Sequence record: OM718002.1
Reading direction: 5' to 3' (one strand)
DNA length: 64,000 bases
Positions within the stretch are counted from its first letter, which is position 1. Each line of letters begins with the position of its first letter. The notes below the pieces were generated by a model that saw only the letters and a list, made by a program, of their open reading frames with translations, did not search any database and had not been told where the DNA came from. Both the position numbers and the translations under genes were made by a program. Positions 35,700-49,080 of this stretch are shown here, one piece after another.

Positions 35700-38192
35700 T
35701 TATTTTAATACTAGATTTTTATTAAATACTTCTGGAGTACTAATATTAGCTGGATCAAGTACAATAAATTCAGCTTGGTTAAATGCACCGTGTGTTGATT
35801 CAAAGTGGCTGATGAAGAACACTTGATTAACAATGCCATTTTCAATTAACCTGTTAATGAATGGAATAGCATTGGCTCGATGTTGTTCATCAAAAGTCCT
35901 GCTAAATTCATCTAAGAAAAGGGGCATGTCATCTAGATGTAAAAATTTCAAGATAGCCATTCTAAAAGCAAAATCAACAATCTCTAATTGTGAGTCAGAC
36001 CCGTATTCAATGTCCGGTGGCTGAACGTCACCACCTGCAATATGCATTGGGAACTTATAATCCATGCCATCTTTGTCAACATTAGAAGGTAATACTTCTA
36101 ACCTATAAGTCCAAATCTCATTGATGTATGCATTTACTAGTTTAACTACTCCTTGTAAGAAACCTAATAAATAGCGACCAAGAATACCACTTTTTGGTGA
36201 TAATGCTTTTTCAAGAATAGCTAAATCAGTAGCCATTTGTTGTGCATGGTTAACTTCTGATTCTAAAACTTTAATACGTTCTTCATGACGTTCCATTTCA
36301 CTTAAACGGCTATGTACACTAGATAGTTCTAAGTTAACAGCATCAATCTCCGCTTGGTATGCCTTATCTACAAAGTTGTCAGCTGTATCCACTATCTTTT
36401 TAATAAACTGCTCCCACCGTTCAATAAAAGAATGATACTTATCTTCCCATTCACGAATAGCATTACCAGCTTTATTGAAATGAGCTGCTTTTCTTTGTAA
36501 GTCAGTTGCTACATGTGTTTTATTATTAATTTCAGTTTCTAGTGCAGTTGTACGTGCCTTAATGAATCCTAATGCATCTTGATCCATCTCAGCAATAACA
36601 CGTAGTCGTTGAGCTAATAAAGTAGCTTCCGCATGAGCTTGCTTAGAGACAATGAGTTGCTGCATTGCATCTCGCCAGTCTAATGCATCATTTATATATT
36701 TTGCTGGTGTGCGATACATTACGATATGCTCAGCTACATAGTTCCATAATGTATCAAATTCGTTATACTCTTTCGTTAATTGAACGTAGCCATGTACATA
36801 ACTTACATATTCATTGAAGTCAGTCATGTACTGTTCAAGAACCTTGATCTCATTTGAACAGCTATCCATCGCTTCATCTAACTTAGCTTTGCGCTCTTCT
36901 GCTATTGTGATATCTTGTTCACTAACACCAGGTTTAAATGAATGAGTGCACGATGGACAAATAATAGATGCACATTCCTTAAATGAATTTAGGCGTTGAT
37001 TAATTTGTAAATACATGCCTTCCATGGTTGAGTATTTACTTTTTAATTCTTTTAGCCTTTCTGCATTTTTAATAGCAGTTTCTTTACTTAAGTAACCATT
37101 CTCATTATTAGGAAATGTAGTGAGAAGTTTGATCCAACGATCTGAGAGATCAGTAAGTTTACCAGATGGATCACCGTTAACAGAAATGTCAACCAAAGGA
37201 AATCTACCGGTATACTTCTTATATTTACTAATAGCTTCTTCAGCAATGCGTGTATGATGTTCATGTCTGTCCTTAAGTTCTTGTATTTCTTCTGGAGACA
37301 TACGTTCAGCTGTATTCGGATTAGAGCTTTTTAATTCTTCTAATTCTTCAACTAAACGTGCAATAACTGCTTGTATAGATTTATATTCTTCAATCTTCTT
37401 ATTATTTAGTTCTAAGAAAGATTCATACCCATCTACTTTAACTTGAATAGGTAACATTGGAAATGACATTAACAATGAACGAGCTTCATCTAAGATAGAA
37501 TCTAATTCTTTACGTGCAGTGGTTTCATCTCTAAAATGAAGGACACCTTTCTTATCACGTGTTTTATAAAGTAAATCAATACGACTAACTAACCGTTGTT
37601 TCACTTCTTTCAACTGTGTCATTTCTGAATCATTCAATACCCCATGGTGTTCTGTGACCAATCGCTTATTAATTGTTTTAACAGTACCTTGCTGGTTAGA
37701 TAATTCTTTACGTACTTTGTTATAAACATTAAATGCATAATCAAGGTTAACTACAGACATTCTAGTTAACCATGCTTTACGTTCATTAGGTTTTAACTTT
37801 GTAAAACGCATCTTACCTGTCAACATTTCATGCAGTTCTCGGTTTAACCCGAAATGCGCCATTACAAGTTCTTCTTGTTCTTTAAAGGTATGACCACTAT
37901 TTAATTCTTCATCATTACATAAAAAGGAATGATGTCCAGTGCCACGGTTATATTTAGAAATTAATTTATAGTCTTTACCATTTGCATGACAATGGAAATG
38001 TTTCTCGCCACCTTGCTTGAAGTTTGAACTGCTAGATACAACAGGTGTCAGTTCACTAATAATAGATGATTTGCCAGAACCATTACTACCAAGTATAACC
38101 ATCATCTGTTTGCTTGGAGTCCATTCAAAATAATGTGTATTATTGGCCATCAACCTAGTATAGCCAATTAGCTTAAGTAGCTTGATCTGCAT
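35700..38192 (-). CDS. sbcC: SbcC/Rad50-like SMC ATPase (phiKZ gp165-like)
   Basis: Walker A GSNGSGKS, long coiled coil with central CPSC zinc hook, Walker B LFLDE, H-loop FISH. Confidence 0.92.
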   Translation of the reverse strand: MQIKLLKLIGYTRLMANNTHYFEWTPSKQMMVILGSNGSGKSSIISELTPVVSSSSNFKQGGEKHFHCHANGKDYKLISKYNRGTGHHSFLCNDEELNSGHTFKEQEELVMAHFGLNRELHEMLTGKMRFTKLKPNERKAWLTRMSVVNLDYAFNVYNKVRKELSNQQGTVKTINKRLVTEHHGVLNDSEMTQLKEVKQRLVSRIDLLYKTRDKKGVLHFRDETTARKELDSILDEARSLLMSFPMLPIQVKVDGYESFLELNNKKIEEYKSIQAVIARLVEELEELKSSNPNTAERMSPEEIQELKDRHEHHTRIAEEAISKYKKYTGRFPLVDISVNGDPSGKLTDLSDRWIKLLTTFPNNENGYLSKETAIKNAERLKELKSKYSTMEGMYLQINQRLNSFKECASIICPSCTHSFKPGVSEQDITIAEERKAKLDEAMDSCSNEIKVLEQYMTDFNEYVSYVHGYVQLTKEYNEFDTLWNYVAEHIVMYRTPAKYINDALDWRDAMQQLIVSKQAHAEATLLAQRLRVIAEMDQDALGFIKARTTALETEINNKTHVATDLQRKAAHFNKAGNAIREWEDKYHSFIERWEQFIKKIVDTADNFVDKAYQAEIDAVNLELSSVHSRLSEMERHEERIKVLESEVNHAQQMATDLAILEKALSPKSGILGRYLLGFLQGVVKLVNAYINEIWTYRLEVLPSNVDKDGMDYKFPMHIAGGDVQPPDIEYGSDSQLEIVDFAFRMAILKFLHLDDMPLFLDEFSRTFDEQHRANAIPFINRLIENGIVNQVFFISHFESTHGAFNQAEFIVLDPANISTPEVFNKNLVLK

Positions 38193-38241
38193 GATTAACC
38201 CTTAATAATGTCTTACTCTATAGAGTTAATAACCCTAGTAA

Positions 38242-39414
<1,173 letters not shown>

Positions 39415-39418
39415 AGAA

Positions 39419-39450
39419 CATAATGCCCTCCCACTATGGGAGGGCTTATG
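39419..39450. terminator. bidirectional palindromic terminator (family A)
   Basis: CATAAT-GCCCTCCC-actat-GGGAGGGC-TTATG between convergent PAAR and gp163. Confidence 0.85.
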
Positions 39451-39453
39451 CTG

Positions 39454-40641
39454 TTAAATACCTTCATTCTCATAATGAGTAATGCAGTGACTAACAAATG
39501 TTAACCAGACTTTAAGAGTTACTGCTAACCAATGGGTGTAGTTACCAACAGGTTCTGCTAATTTTCGGGATATCTCAGCGAGCATATTAATTGCCTCGCC
39601 ATTTGCCCTTCCCAATAACTCACTACGTTCAGCTAGCTGTCGAATTGAATCATCTACAACTACCTTAACTGTTTTATATTCTACTTCGCCTTGTTTAGCA
39701 CGTTCAGCGATCGTTAAAATATTAGCAATACCAGTTACAATATCACTTAGCGTAGTTACAGAAGGTACTTCTATATCTCGTTCAGTGCTATCAATTGCAT
39801 TGATTTGTAACTCTGTAAATTCCATTGTAAATGTATTGCGAACCATTTCTAGTGCAGATTGTTTATTAGTAACTGATGTAGCTATATGGTCAGCATCAGT
39901 ATAAACAAATGCACGATTAGCTGGTAAAATATAACTTCTATGGGTACCAGTAGAAGTAGTCTCACCTTTCTTTAATGGCTCATCCCCTGGCGGCGCTTTA
40001 AAATCACGACGCACTATATCGGCAAAAGATTGTAATAACTCATCAATGATTTCTGTAGTGGTATCTTCGCCTTGATTATCTAAGATATTCAATGCTTGTC
40101 TACTAATATTTCGAGCAATATTAGAAGTCATTTTAGGATAAGTCATTAAAATATAATTAGTGACTTCTTTGATATCTAAAAGATTATCTGGTCGATCACC
40201 AATGAATTCACCGTTAATAGATAATCGCTGTAAACCAGAAACAGTCAATCGAGTATTAGTCGTACGATTACCTAGTTTTGCAAGTCGCCTAGATAATTTT
40301 TGCTGTGTTTTACGCACATGTGAAATACTGCCAGTAAACTTGACGTAGAATGCCGTGAGTGTTTCGATTACCATCCGCACAATATCTCGTGCAGCCTTAG
40401 CAGCTCGAACTAATGCATCTTTTAAAGCACGTAGTGTAATTATACCGCCTTCTTTTATGGAGAAGGCGGGATCGATACTTTCTAAAGCAAATGACATCGC
40501 TTTAGACAGGTCTTCAGATGCTACGTCACGTCCATCTAGCAGATCTTGATAACGAGCTAATCGATGGCGATATGCTTCAACAGAAACAATAGCCTCTTTG
40601 AGTTCATTATTGGTAATTAATAGTTCTGCATATGTGGACAT
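39454..40641 (-). CDS. gp163: internal head (inner-body family) protein
   Basis: 395 aa; FALES protease-type motif; LKDAL...A...I..V.E.L..FY helical pattern shared with its neighbour; synteny. Confidence 0.8.
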   Translation of the reverse strand: MSTYAELLITNNELKEAIVSVEAYRHRLARYQDLLDGRDVASEDLSKAMSFALESIDPAFSIKEGGIITLRALKDALVRAAKAARDIVRMVIETLTAFYVKFTGSISHVRKTQQKLSRRLAKLGNRTTNTRLTVSGLQRLSINGEFIGDRPDNLLDIKEVTNYILMTYPKMTSNIARNISRQALNILDNQGEDTTTEIIDELLQSFADIVRRDFKAPPGDEPLKKGETTSTGTHRSYILPANRAFVYTDADHIATSVTNKQSALEMVRNTFTMEFTELQINAIDSTERDIEVPSVTTLSDIVTGIANILTIAERAKQGEVEYKTVKVVVDDSIRQLAERSELLGRANGEAINMLAEISRKLAEPVGNYTHWLAVTLKVWLTFVSHCITHYENEGI

Positions 40642-40650
40642 TATGTTTAC

Positions 40651-42219
40651 CTATTCAGTTTCCTTGATTTCACTATCAACTAGTTTCTCAAGTACGGTGA
40701 TCCAGATCATCACACATTTAAACAGATCATTACTAGCTTCAGTGGTGCCAGTTAGATAAGCCTTACCAACATTGGTTGCTTCTTTATCAGTCATCTGTGC
40801 AATGATTTCAGCAGTTGACTCTTTAGAGATACCGCGAATATTATTTAGATGATTTAGGAGGTTATGAACTGCTTTTAGCTGAGCCATAACAACATTCTTA
40901 TCAACTAATAGTTCAACAGTAATTCCATAGTTGGGTTTACCCGGTGCATCAAGAATGGAGAAGTCTACCGCAGCTTTGTCTTTACCAAAGGTATAAACAC
41001 GATTACCGGGCACAACCGGGCTAGCATATCGGACACCATTAGCATTAATTTTGGTAGCTGTTCCAAACATACCTTTAGCTAAAGCCAGTGCTTTATCATC
41101 AGTTGTTTTTCCAGCTAAGGCTGCTTTAAGAGCACGCAGTCCATTCTTTTCAATGCTGTCAAATAGATTACGGATTACAGTAACCCCCTGAACAGGGTCT
41201 ACACCAACCCAACTCTCACCAGTGTCACCTAGAATCAGATCGCGTGGAATTGCGATAGTACGAACTTCATCGGGTAGTTCATTCTCTTTAACGCGTTTCA
41301 TGATCTTATTAACGCGTTCTATTTGATTACTGACATTCTGGCGAATACGTTGATAAGTTTCTACAACAATGCGAATTAGCTTCTTAATGAAATCTAATGC
41401 AACAGTAGATACTTCTTTTGCTTTAGCTTGTAGATTATCTAATACTTCAATAGAAGCTTTAGGCCGAGTTAGCGGTGATATAAAGGATTCCATTGATGGC
41501 ACAGTGTTATTAAAATATTTATAGTCAAATGACTCTAGCGCGATGCTAATAGCTTTAGCTAGATCATGATCGACATCATGCCCGCGATGATGGCGGTTAC
41601 TAACTAAACCAATATAGTTTTCTAATGCAGTTTGAACAGATTCTACTTTAGTCAGTTCATTTACAATTGTAAACATTTCAACTGATAATGATTCTAGATG
41701 ATCATCTAGTTCACCAGTGATGATATCTTCAGTAGTTTCCAGTAGTGCGGTGGCATCATAGCCATGGTCTAGCTGCTCAGTCTCATTGGCTTCCATAATA
41801 GAAATGTCTTCATTCGATGGGACATCTGCAATTTGGTGTGGTTTTTTGGTACTAACATTAAGATCTTTAGTATCACTTACTTTAGTGATCATTTCATCAG
41901 CTGTTTCAGTGATTTCGTTTTCAACACGATCACCTTTAGCTACTTGGAATTCTTTTAGCCCTTGACTAACATGAATCTTCTTATCATTGATCTTATCAGC
42001 AGTTCCATCAACATCTGGACCTTTGCATACGTCAATTGGGGTATTGGTAACGACATTGGTAACTTCATCACATGGATTTACTTTACCATCTTCATCATCT
42101 TTTAATTGTTCTGGTAATTCTTTACCAACATCAAGATTGACATTCTTATCTTCAGCATCAGAAACGCGCTCAAGACTTGCAAAGAAATCCATTGCGGGAA
42201 CTGTTTTTTTCTTAGCCAT
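40651..42219 (-). CDS. gp162: internal head (inner-body family) protein with acidic propeptide
   Basis: 522 aa; acidic N-terminal half, several S/A-x-E motifs (SVE, ALE, SME); paralogous to gp163. Confidence 0.8.
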   Translation of the reverse strand: MAKKKTVPAMDFFASLERVSDAEDKNVNLDVGKELPEQLKDDEDGKVNPCDEVTNVVTNTPIDVCKGPDVDGTADKINDKKIHVSQGLKEFQVAKGDRVENEITETADEMITKVSDTKDLNVSTKKPHQIADVPSNEDISIMEANETEQLDHGYDATALLETTEDIITGELDDHLESLSVEMFTIVNELTKVESVQTALENYIGLVSNRHHRGHDVDHDLAKAISIALESFDYKYFNNTVPSMESFISPLTRPKASIEVLDNLQAKAKEVSTVALDFIKKLIRIVVETYQRIRQNVSNQIERVNKIMKRVKENELPDEVRTIAIPRDLILGDTGESWVGVDPVQGVTVIRNLFDSIEKNGLRALKAALAGKTTDDKALALAKGMFGTATKINANGVRYASPVVPGNRVYTFGKDKAAVDFSILDAPGKPNYGITVELLVDKNVVMAQLKAVHNLLNHLNNIRGISKESTAEIIAQMTDKEATNVGKAYLTGTTEASNDLFKCVMIWITVLEKLVDSEIKETE

Positions 42220-42254
42220 TTTAAAACTCCGGAGTATTAAAGTTCATAAGGTTG

Positions 42255-42914
<660 letters not shown>

Positions 42915-42955
42915 TCATTCAATTGAGCACTATAGTTACTTTAAGACGAAATAAT

Positions 42956-42983
42956 AGCGGATCCACTTTAAAGCAGATCCGCT
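42956..42983 (-). terminator. hairpin terminator
   Basis: Minus strand AGCGGATCTGCTT...AAGTGGATCCGCT with G:U pairs, then ATTATTT. Confidence 0.7.
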
Positions 42984-42988
42984 TTAAA

Positions 42989-43462
42989 TTAAAATGCTTG
43001 ACCAGGACAAACCCAAATATAATCACCAGTTGTTTGGCCATTAGGTCTGACTAATATAAATCGTTGTCCAACCGTACCGCGCACAGAAGCATCTTCAAAT
43101 GGAAAACCTCTAGGTATAACTAATTTACCATCTTTGTCTTGTGCCCAAAAACTTAATGAGTCCCTAGTCTCTTTGCCATTAATAGGATCTTTTTCATAGA
43201 AACTCAATACGAAAGTAAATCCATTTGGCAATGATGTATTATATTTAATAACAGTGCCAATAAATGTAGGTGTTGTTGGTGATGATACATATCCATCTTC
43301 TTCTTTAAAGATAATGTTAGTATCAAAATAATCTTTAACATCTAACAGATTATAAATAACATCATCTCCATAAAGAGGGTGTTTCATTTTTAATGGATAT
43401 TTATTTATTGTTGTGTAAAATGCACCAGGAATGAAATTATCACATTTTGATGTATCTGCCAT
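42989..43462 (-). CDS. hypothetical protein (157 aa), tail-accessory cluster
   Basis: AGGAG RBS; tightly packed. Confidence 0.8.
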   Translation of the reverse strand: MADTSKCDNFIPGAFYTTINKYPLKMKHPLYGDDVIYNLLDVKDYFDTNIIFKEEDGYVSSPTTPTFIGTVIKYNTSLPNGFTFVLSFYEKDPINGKETRDSLSFWAQDKDGKLVIPRGFPFEDASVRGTVGQRFILVRPNGQTTGDYIWVCPGQAF

Positions 43463-43465
43463 GAT

Positions 43466-43870
43466 TTACTCCTGTACATCCGTCATTACACGTCCTTCGA
43501 TAGACCAGTATAATTCATTTTCTAATGAATCATAAACCGTTCTATATTCACATGCCTCACCTTTGTTTAATTGACAGTCAACTTTGAATACACGGTTACC
43601 AACTAAACGATTACCATAAGCACGAATCACCAATAATCCATTTGTCTTATTGGCAATAGTAAATACATATTTACCTTTTTTAGTATCATAGGCAGTAGCT
43701 GGTAAATTTACTATAAATGGACTATCTGAATTATCATTATCAGTATAATTAGGATCTTCAACGATAATGTGCGCATTAAGATAAGTTGAGTCAATATCAA
43801 ACTTACGTCCAGTTGCTTTAGACGTGTCAATTACTTTCATAGGTGGGTAGATATAACAGAATTCGCTCAT
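43466..43870 (-). CDS. tail-fibre-like beta-sandwich module protein
   Basis: ATGA overlap with upstream stop; VNLPA...KG.Y.FTIANKTN..LVIRAY pattern. Confidence 0.75.
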   Translation of the reverse strand: MSEFCYIYPPMKVIDTSKATGRKFDIDSTYLNAHIIVEDPNYTDNDNSDSPFIVNLPATAYDTKKGKYVFTIANKTNGLLVIRAYGNRLVGNRVFKVDCQLNKGEACEYRTVYDSLENELYWSIEGRVMTDVQE

Positions 43871-44817
43871 GATTGCATCCACCATGACAGACCAAGTGTA
43901 TACATCGCTTTAGTTGTTTCATTATAACAGATAAATCGAGTATAGCCATTATTAGGTAAGAAACCAGTACTTGTATACATTGGCCTAATGATACTCTGTT
44001 GATAAGCAGTAGCTATATCGACATCTTCATTAGTTAAATTCAGTATTCGATATTCAGCACCAGCCTTAAGTTTCTCGCTATTGCCAGAAGGTAGTATAAC
44101 ACCTTTAGGTGACTCTTCTATTTGAGCATCATCTGGTTTAGGCATTAGTACCAATAGCCTACCTATAGCTTGATCATAAGGCGGACAAATCCAATTACCA
44201 AATTTACCTGTTTCATTATCAACTGTAATTGTAAATGGTACAAGCAATTGCGGGAATATCTGATAGCCATCTGTTGGTTCTGGATCAGGATCTGGATCTG
44301 GGTCCGGCGGATCAGGGTCAACATCACCACCTGAATGTAACCATAGATTTAACCATCCTCTCCACCATAGTGATGAATCAATAGCTTTAAATAAAAAGTT
44401 TGGTTGTTTCTTACCACCGGTATACGTTATATTAGATATTTCTAACCATATGTCACTAGCAGTAAAATTTAATTTAGCTTTATTAGCAACATACGCAACT
44501 AAAGCTTCGCTATTTTTTAATCCTTGAACAACCGTTACTTCCGATGCTGTCCAATATGGATTTTTAATATAATCATTAACATTAAAACGATTATAAAGAA
44601 AGTCGTAATAAACAGCACTATTAGTTGCATCTTTTTGAATACGAACAAATGCCCTATTAGGCTCATCGATAGTTGCACTATCCATTACCATTACGATAAT
44701 GGACTTATCTTCAGATAAACCTAAATCCGGATATGCTGTTGTAACTGCTTTGAAGAAACCTATTCGTGGATCTTGTCCACGCGGGTTATCCGCCAGATTA
44801 AGAGTGAATCTACGCAT
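43867..44817 (-). CDS. putative tail/virion-associated protein with Pro-Asp linker
   Basis: 316 aa; two domains joined by DVDPDPPDPDPDPDPEP. Confidence 0.8.
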   Translation of the reverse strand: MRRFTLNLADNPRGQDPRIGFFKAVTTAYPDLGLSEDKSIIVMVMDSATIDEPNRAFVRIQKDATNSAVYYDFLYNRFNVNDYIKNPYWTASEVTVVQGLKNSEALVAYVANKAKLNFTASDIWLEISNITYTGGKKQPNFLFKAIDSSLWWRGWLNLWLHSGGDVDPDPPDPDPDPDPEPTDGYQIFPQLLVPFTITVDNETGKFGNWICPPYDQAIGRLLVLMPKPDDAQIEESPKGVILPSGNSEKLKAGAEYRILNLTNEDVDIATAYQQSIIRPMYTSTGFLPNNGYTRFICYNETTKAMYTLGLSWWMQS

Positions 44818-44840
44818 TGCGCCACCTTTAGATTAATATA

Positions 44841-44862
44841 AGAGAGGGCCTTTGCCCTCTCT
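44841..44862 (-). terminator. intrinsic terminator
   Basis: AGAGAGGGC-cttt-GCCCTCTCT, minus-strand tail TATATT. Confidence 0.75.
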
Positions 44863-44872
44863 CATTTATGCA

Positions 44873-46213
<1,341 letters not shown>

Positions 46214-46388
46214 TTAATCCTCATAATTAGAGCGCGATGGGTTTCCATCTATAAAATCAGTCTGTTCTAGTTGTGTTAAAATAAAAAGTCTGGTATTATG
46301 AGCTTTACGTAATACCCTTGTAACAGTCTATTGATAGAAATGCCAATACTGGCTTTTATGGGTAGGCATAGTACTAACAGAGGTCATC

Positions 46389-46679
46389 ATGCTCGGTTTG
46401 ACTATTAAAGCCTTGCTCTTCGTTTGGCCATTCCTTAAGAGGGCTATCTTTGGTGATAGAACTATTAAGGAAGTGTTGCTGGAAAACAAACACGTCACGG
46501 CGATGTTGATCCTAGTCGTAATATTACTAGGTACCTTATTCATAGTGACTAGTGAGTTGAAGTCAGTTAAAGCAAGCAACTGGGCCGTTAAAGCCGAAAT
46601 GGATCGACTCAAGAAAATGACGCCTGAAAAGGCTGAAATGCTTGAGCGCCGCCGTCGTTTAAATGACTTGCTAAAGTAA
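46389..46679 (+). CDS. type II inner-membrane protein with C-terminal coiled coil (i-spanin-like topology)
   Basis: AGAGG RBS; TM VTAMLILVVILLGTLFIV then charged helix. Confidence 0.75.
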   Translation: MLGLTIKALLFVWPFLKRAIFGDRTIKEVLLENKHVTAMLILVVILLGTLFIVTSELKSVKASNWAVKAEMDRLKKMTPEKAEMLERRRRLNDLLK

Positions 46680-46699
46680 GTACCAAATTGGTGGATCAC

Positions 46700-47101
46700 A
46701 TGTCAAGAAAGTTCTTTCTAATACTCCTACCACTTATCAGTGGCTGTGTTTATACGCCACATGAGTACCACACGCACAACACGACTGTGGTCCAATATGA
46801 ACACTCCTCTTCTACAGATGATCATACATCTGTTGTTACAACTAAAGAAGAGGTAATACAAAAAGTTCTGCCTACACCTAAAAAATATAGTAAGGATACT
46901 AGTAAGAAGTGTATGGTTTTCGAACTACCAAGAAAGAAACCGGTACCGCCAACACCGATTATTACAGAGTTTATAGAAACTCCGGAACAAATCGATATCT
47001 TGTTGACTGACTATATAAAAGAATTAAAGTCACATATTGTATCTGAGCGCGCTAAAATTGAGCAAGCATATGAAGAATGGCGTGCAAAGTGTGATGAGTA
47101 A
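46700..47101 (+). CDS. lipoprotein (o-spanin-like)
   Basis: MSRKFFLILLPLISG-C lipobox; Pro-rich PRKKPVPPTP; two further Cys. Confidence 0.8.
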   Translation: MSRKFFLILLPLISGCVYTPHEYHTHNTTVVQYEHSSSTDDHTSVVTTKEEVIQKVLPTPKKYSKDTSKKCMVFELPRKKPVPPTPIITEFIETPEQIDILLTDYIKELKSHIVSERAKIEQAYEEWRAKCDE

Positions 47102-47156
47102 TTTACTTGCTAGAATTATTATCTAGTTTAGTAATCGATCACATGAGGAAACAATA

Positions 47157-48605
47157 ATGTCAGACGGTATGGTTTTATACACTGACGGATCATTCCGACA
47201 GGGTAAAGCTGGTTGGGGCATTCATGGTTATACCTATGAAAATGTTGCAATGAAATCTAAAGCAGCCACCAAACAGCAACCAACAGCTAAGGGATACTTA
47301 GATGTAGGTGCAGATGAGACATGCACTGTTTTAAATTATATTGATGCATTTGGTAGTGTAACTAATAACCCTACTAATAATACAGGTGAGCTAACCGCTG
47401 CAATTGAGGCTTTCAAAATAGCCCATGAAGCAGATGCACCTAGACTAACGATGCTCATGGATAGTGAATACGTTAGAAAAGGTATGACCGCATATTTACC
47501 CAAATGGATTAAATCCAATTGGATTAAATCAGACGGTACACCAGTAGCAAACCAGGACCTATGGAAACAGATGGTCGAACTAAAAGCTAAATGGGAAGAA
47601 ACTAATAAACCATTAAGCATCCAATGGGTCCGCGGTCATAACGGAGACATTGGTAATGAAAAAGCTGATGCTAATGCTAAGCTTGGTTCGGGACAGAATA
47701 ATGATAAGCCAGTGATGGTTTCGGTTAAAGGCGAAGAAATTAACAAACTTAAAAAACAAGTTGTTAATCCACTTATCCTCGAAAGTAGGTTACTCTTCGC
47801 CATTAACTCTGGAGAAGAACCAGATGGGTTCTATTACACCTATAATTTAGGTCGTATGCATAACTATGGTCATAAACCAAAAGACACTGCTAAAGATAAA
47901 TTAGCTAAAGCTGATTTAATTTTAGGGCGTCGTATCTCTGAAGCAACCTTCAGTGTATATAAGGCAAATGAGCCAGATGAGTATCTCCAGTTACTAATTA
48001 ATATGCATACAGAAGCACTGGGTACTGAAAATCCAGAACTGGGTATCATCAATTTGGCAAACGCATACCGTGCAACCATTCGACAGAAAATTGAATCCAT
48101 GGGACTACCTGCTCTAGTCGTATGGAAAGATATCAATGTTTTGTCGACGCCAACAGATGAACTCATTAGTCGGACTCTTAATCCACCACGTATGGCAAAT
48201 GACGCTGTAGCTACATTTAATGTTATGCGCAGTCGTCTTGAAGATTACTTGGCTGGTAAACTTGGAGAGTCGGTTGGTATTATTGATATTACCGAGCACT
48301 TCTTCGAGGAAGTCGCAAAGGGTAAGAAAGTTGGCTATCAACTACTTAAGACGATTACATCTAATACAGGCTTTGTAGAAGTTCCGATCACATTTAAAGA
48401 TCGTAAGATAAAATTAAAGCTTGTATTAAATATCGATATTCCAAGTAGAAACCAATTAGCTCGTATTGGAGCTAATAAAGTTAAAATGGAAATTCTTGTA
48501 GTAGCTGAAGGCCCATATTCTTATTCATATTCAATTGTGTTCGTGACTGATGATGGTTCAGCTATTTATCAATCACCCTATACACAATTTATTCTCCCAA
48601 AATAG
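47157..48605 (+). CDS. rnh: ribonuclease HI with large C-terminal extension (phiKZ gp155-like)
   Basis: LYTDGS, TNNTGELTA, DSEYV, WVRGHNGDIGNEKADANA. Confidence 0.93.
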   Translation: MSDGMVLYTDGSFRQGKAGWGIHGYTYENVAMKSKAATKQQPTAKGYLDVGADETCTVLNYIDAFGSVTNNPTNNTGELTAAIEAFKIAHEADAPRLTMLMDSEYVRKGMTAYLPKWIKSNWIKSDGTPVANQDLWKQMVELKAKWEETNKPLSIQWVRGHNGDIGNEKADANAKLGSGQNNDKPVMVSVKGEEINKLKKQVVNPLILESRLLFAINSGEEPDGFYYTYNLGRMHNYGHKPKDTAKDKLAKADLILGRRISEATFSVYKANEPDEYLQLLINMHTEALGTENPELGIINLANAYRATIRQKIESMGLPALVVWKDINVLSTPTDELISRTLNPPRMANDAVATFNVMRSRLEDYLAGKLGESVGIIDITEHFFEEVAKGKKVGYQLLKTITSNTGFVEVPITFKDRKIKLKLVLNIDIPSRNQLARIGANKVKMEILVVAEGPYSYSYSIVFVTDDGSAIYQSPYTQFILPK

Positions 48606-48615
48606 TGGGTATTCC

Positions 48616-49035
48616 ATGAACCTTATTAGCAGATTCAAAAAGTCGGTTAAGAATGGTTTCAGGGCAATTTGGATTAAGCTCTGGGACTATGCTGATCCCG
48701 AACTAAAGCGGATGTGCGTCATGGCGTCACTGTACTCCGTTATAGTACAGTGTAAGACAAATGAGTGTGAAAAGATCTCTCATTTGAATTCTAACATGAA
48801 ACTAGTACGCGATGAAGCTGCCTTACGACTCCCTATTCATTATGGGCCGTACGTATGGAAAGGCGTGATAGCAATCGATAAGATTGATAAAGCAGATCTA
48901 ACCACTGATCAATTTTTCATGAGGCTTATTCGTAAGACTCCGTGTTGGATGAAATATGCTGATGATGCAACTTTTTTAAAGGATTTAAAAACCCTCTTTA
49001 AATTAAGTTTACATGAGAAGTGTATTCCAAATTGA
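48616..49035 (+). CDS. hypothetical protein (about 139 aa)
   Basis: Likely start MNLIS after rnh stop. Confidence 0.75.
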   Translation: MNLISRFKKSVKNGFRAIWIKLWDYADPELKRMCVMASLYSVIVQCKTNECEKISHLNSNMKLVRDEAALRLPIHYGPYVWKGVIAIDKIDKADLTTDQFFMRLIRKTPCWMKYADDATFLKDLKTLFKLSLHEKCIPN

Positions 49036-49044
49036 TTGGTACGA

Positions 49045-49077
49045 CATAATGCCCTCTCCTTTGGGAGAGGGCTTATG
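49045..49077. terminator. bidirectional palindromic terminator (family A variant)
   Basis: CATAAT-GCCCTCTCC-tttg-GGAGAGGGC-TTATG at a convergent junction. Confidence 0.85.
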
Positions 49078-49080
49078 CTG

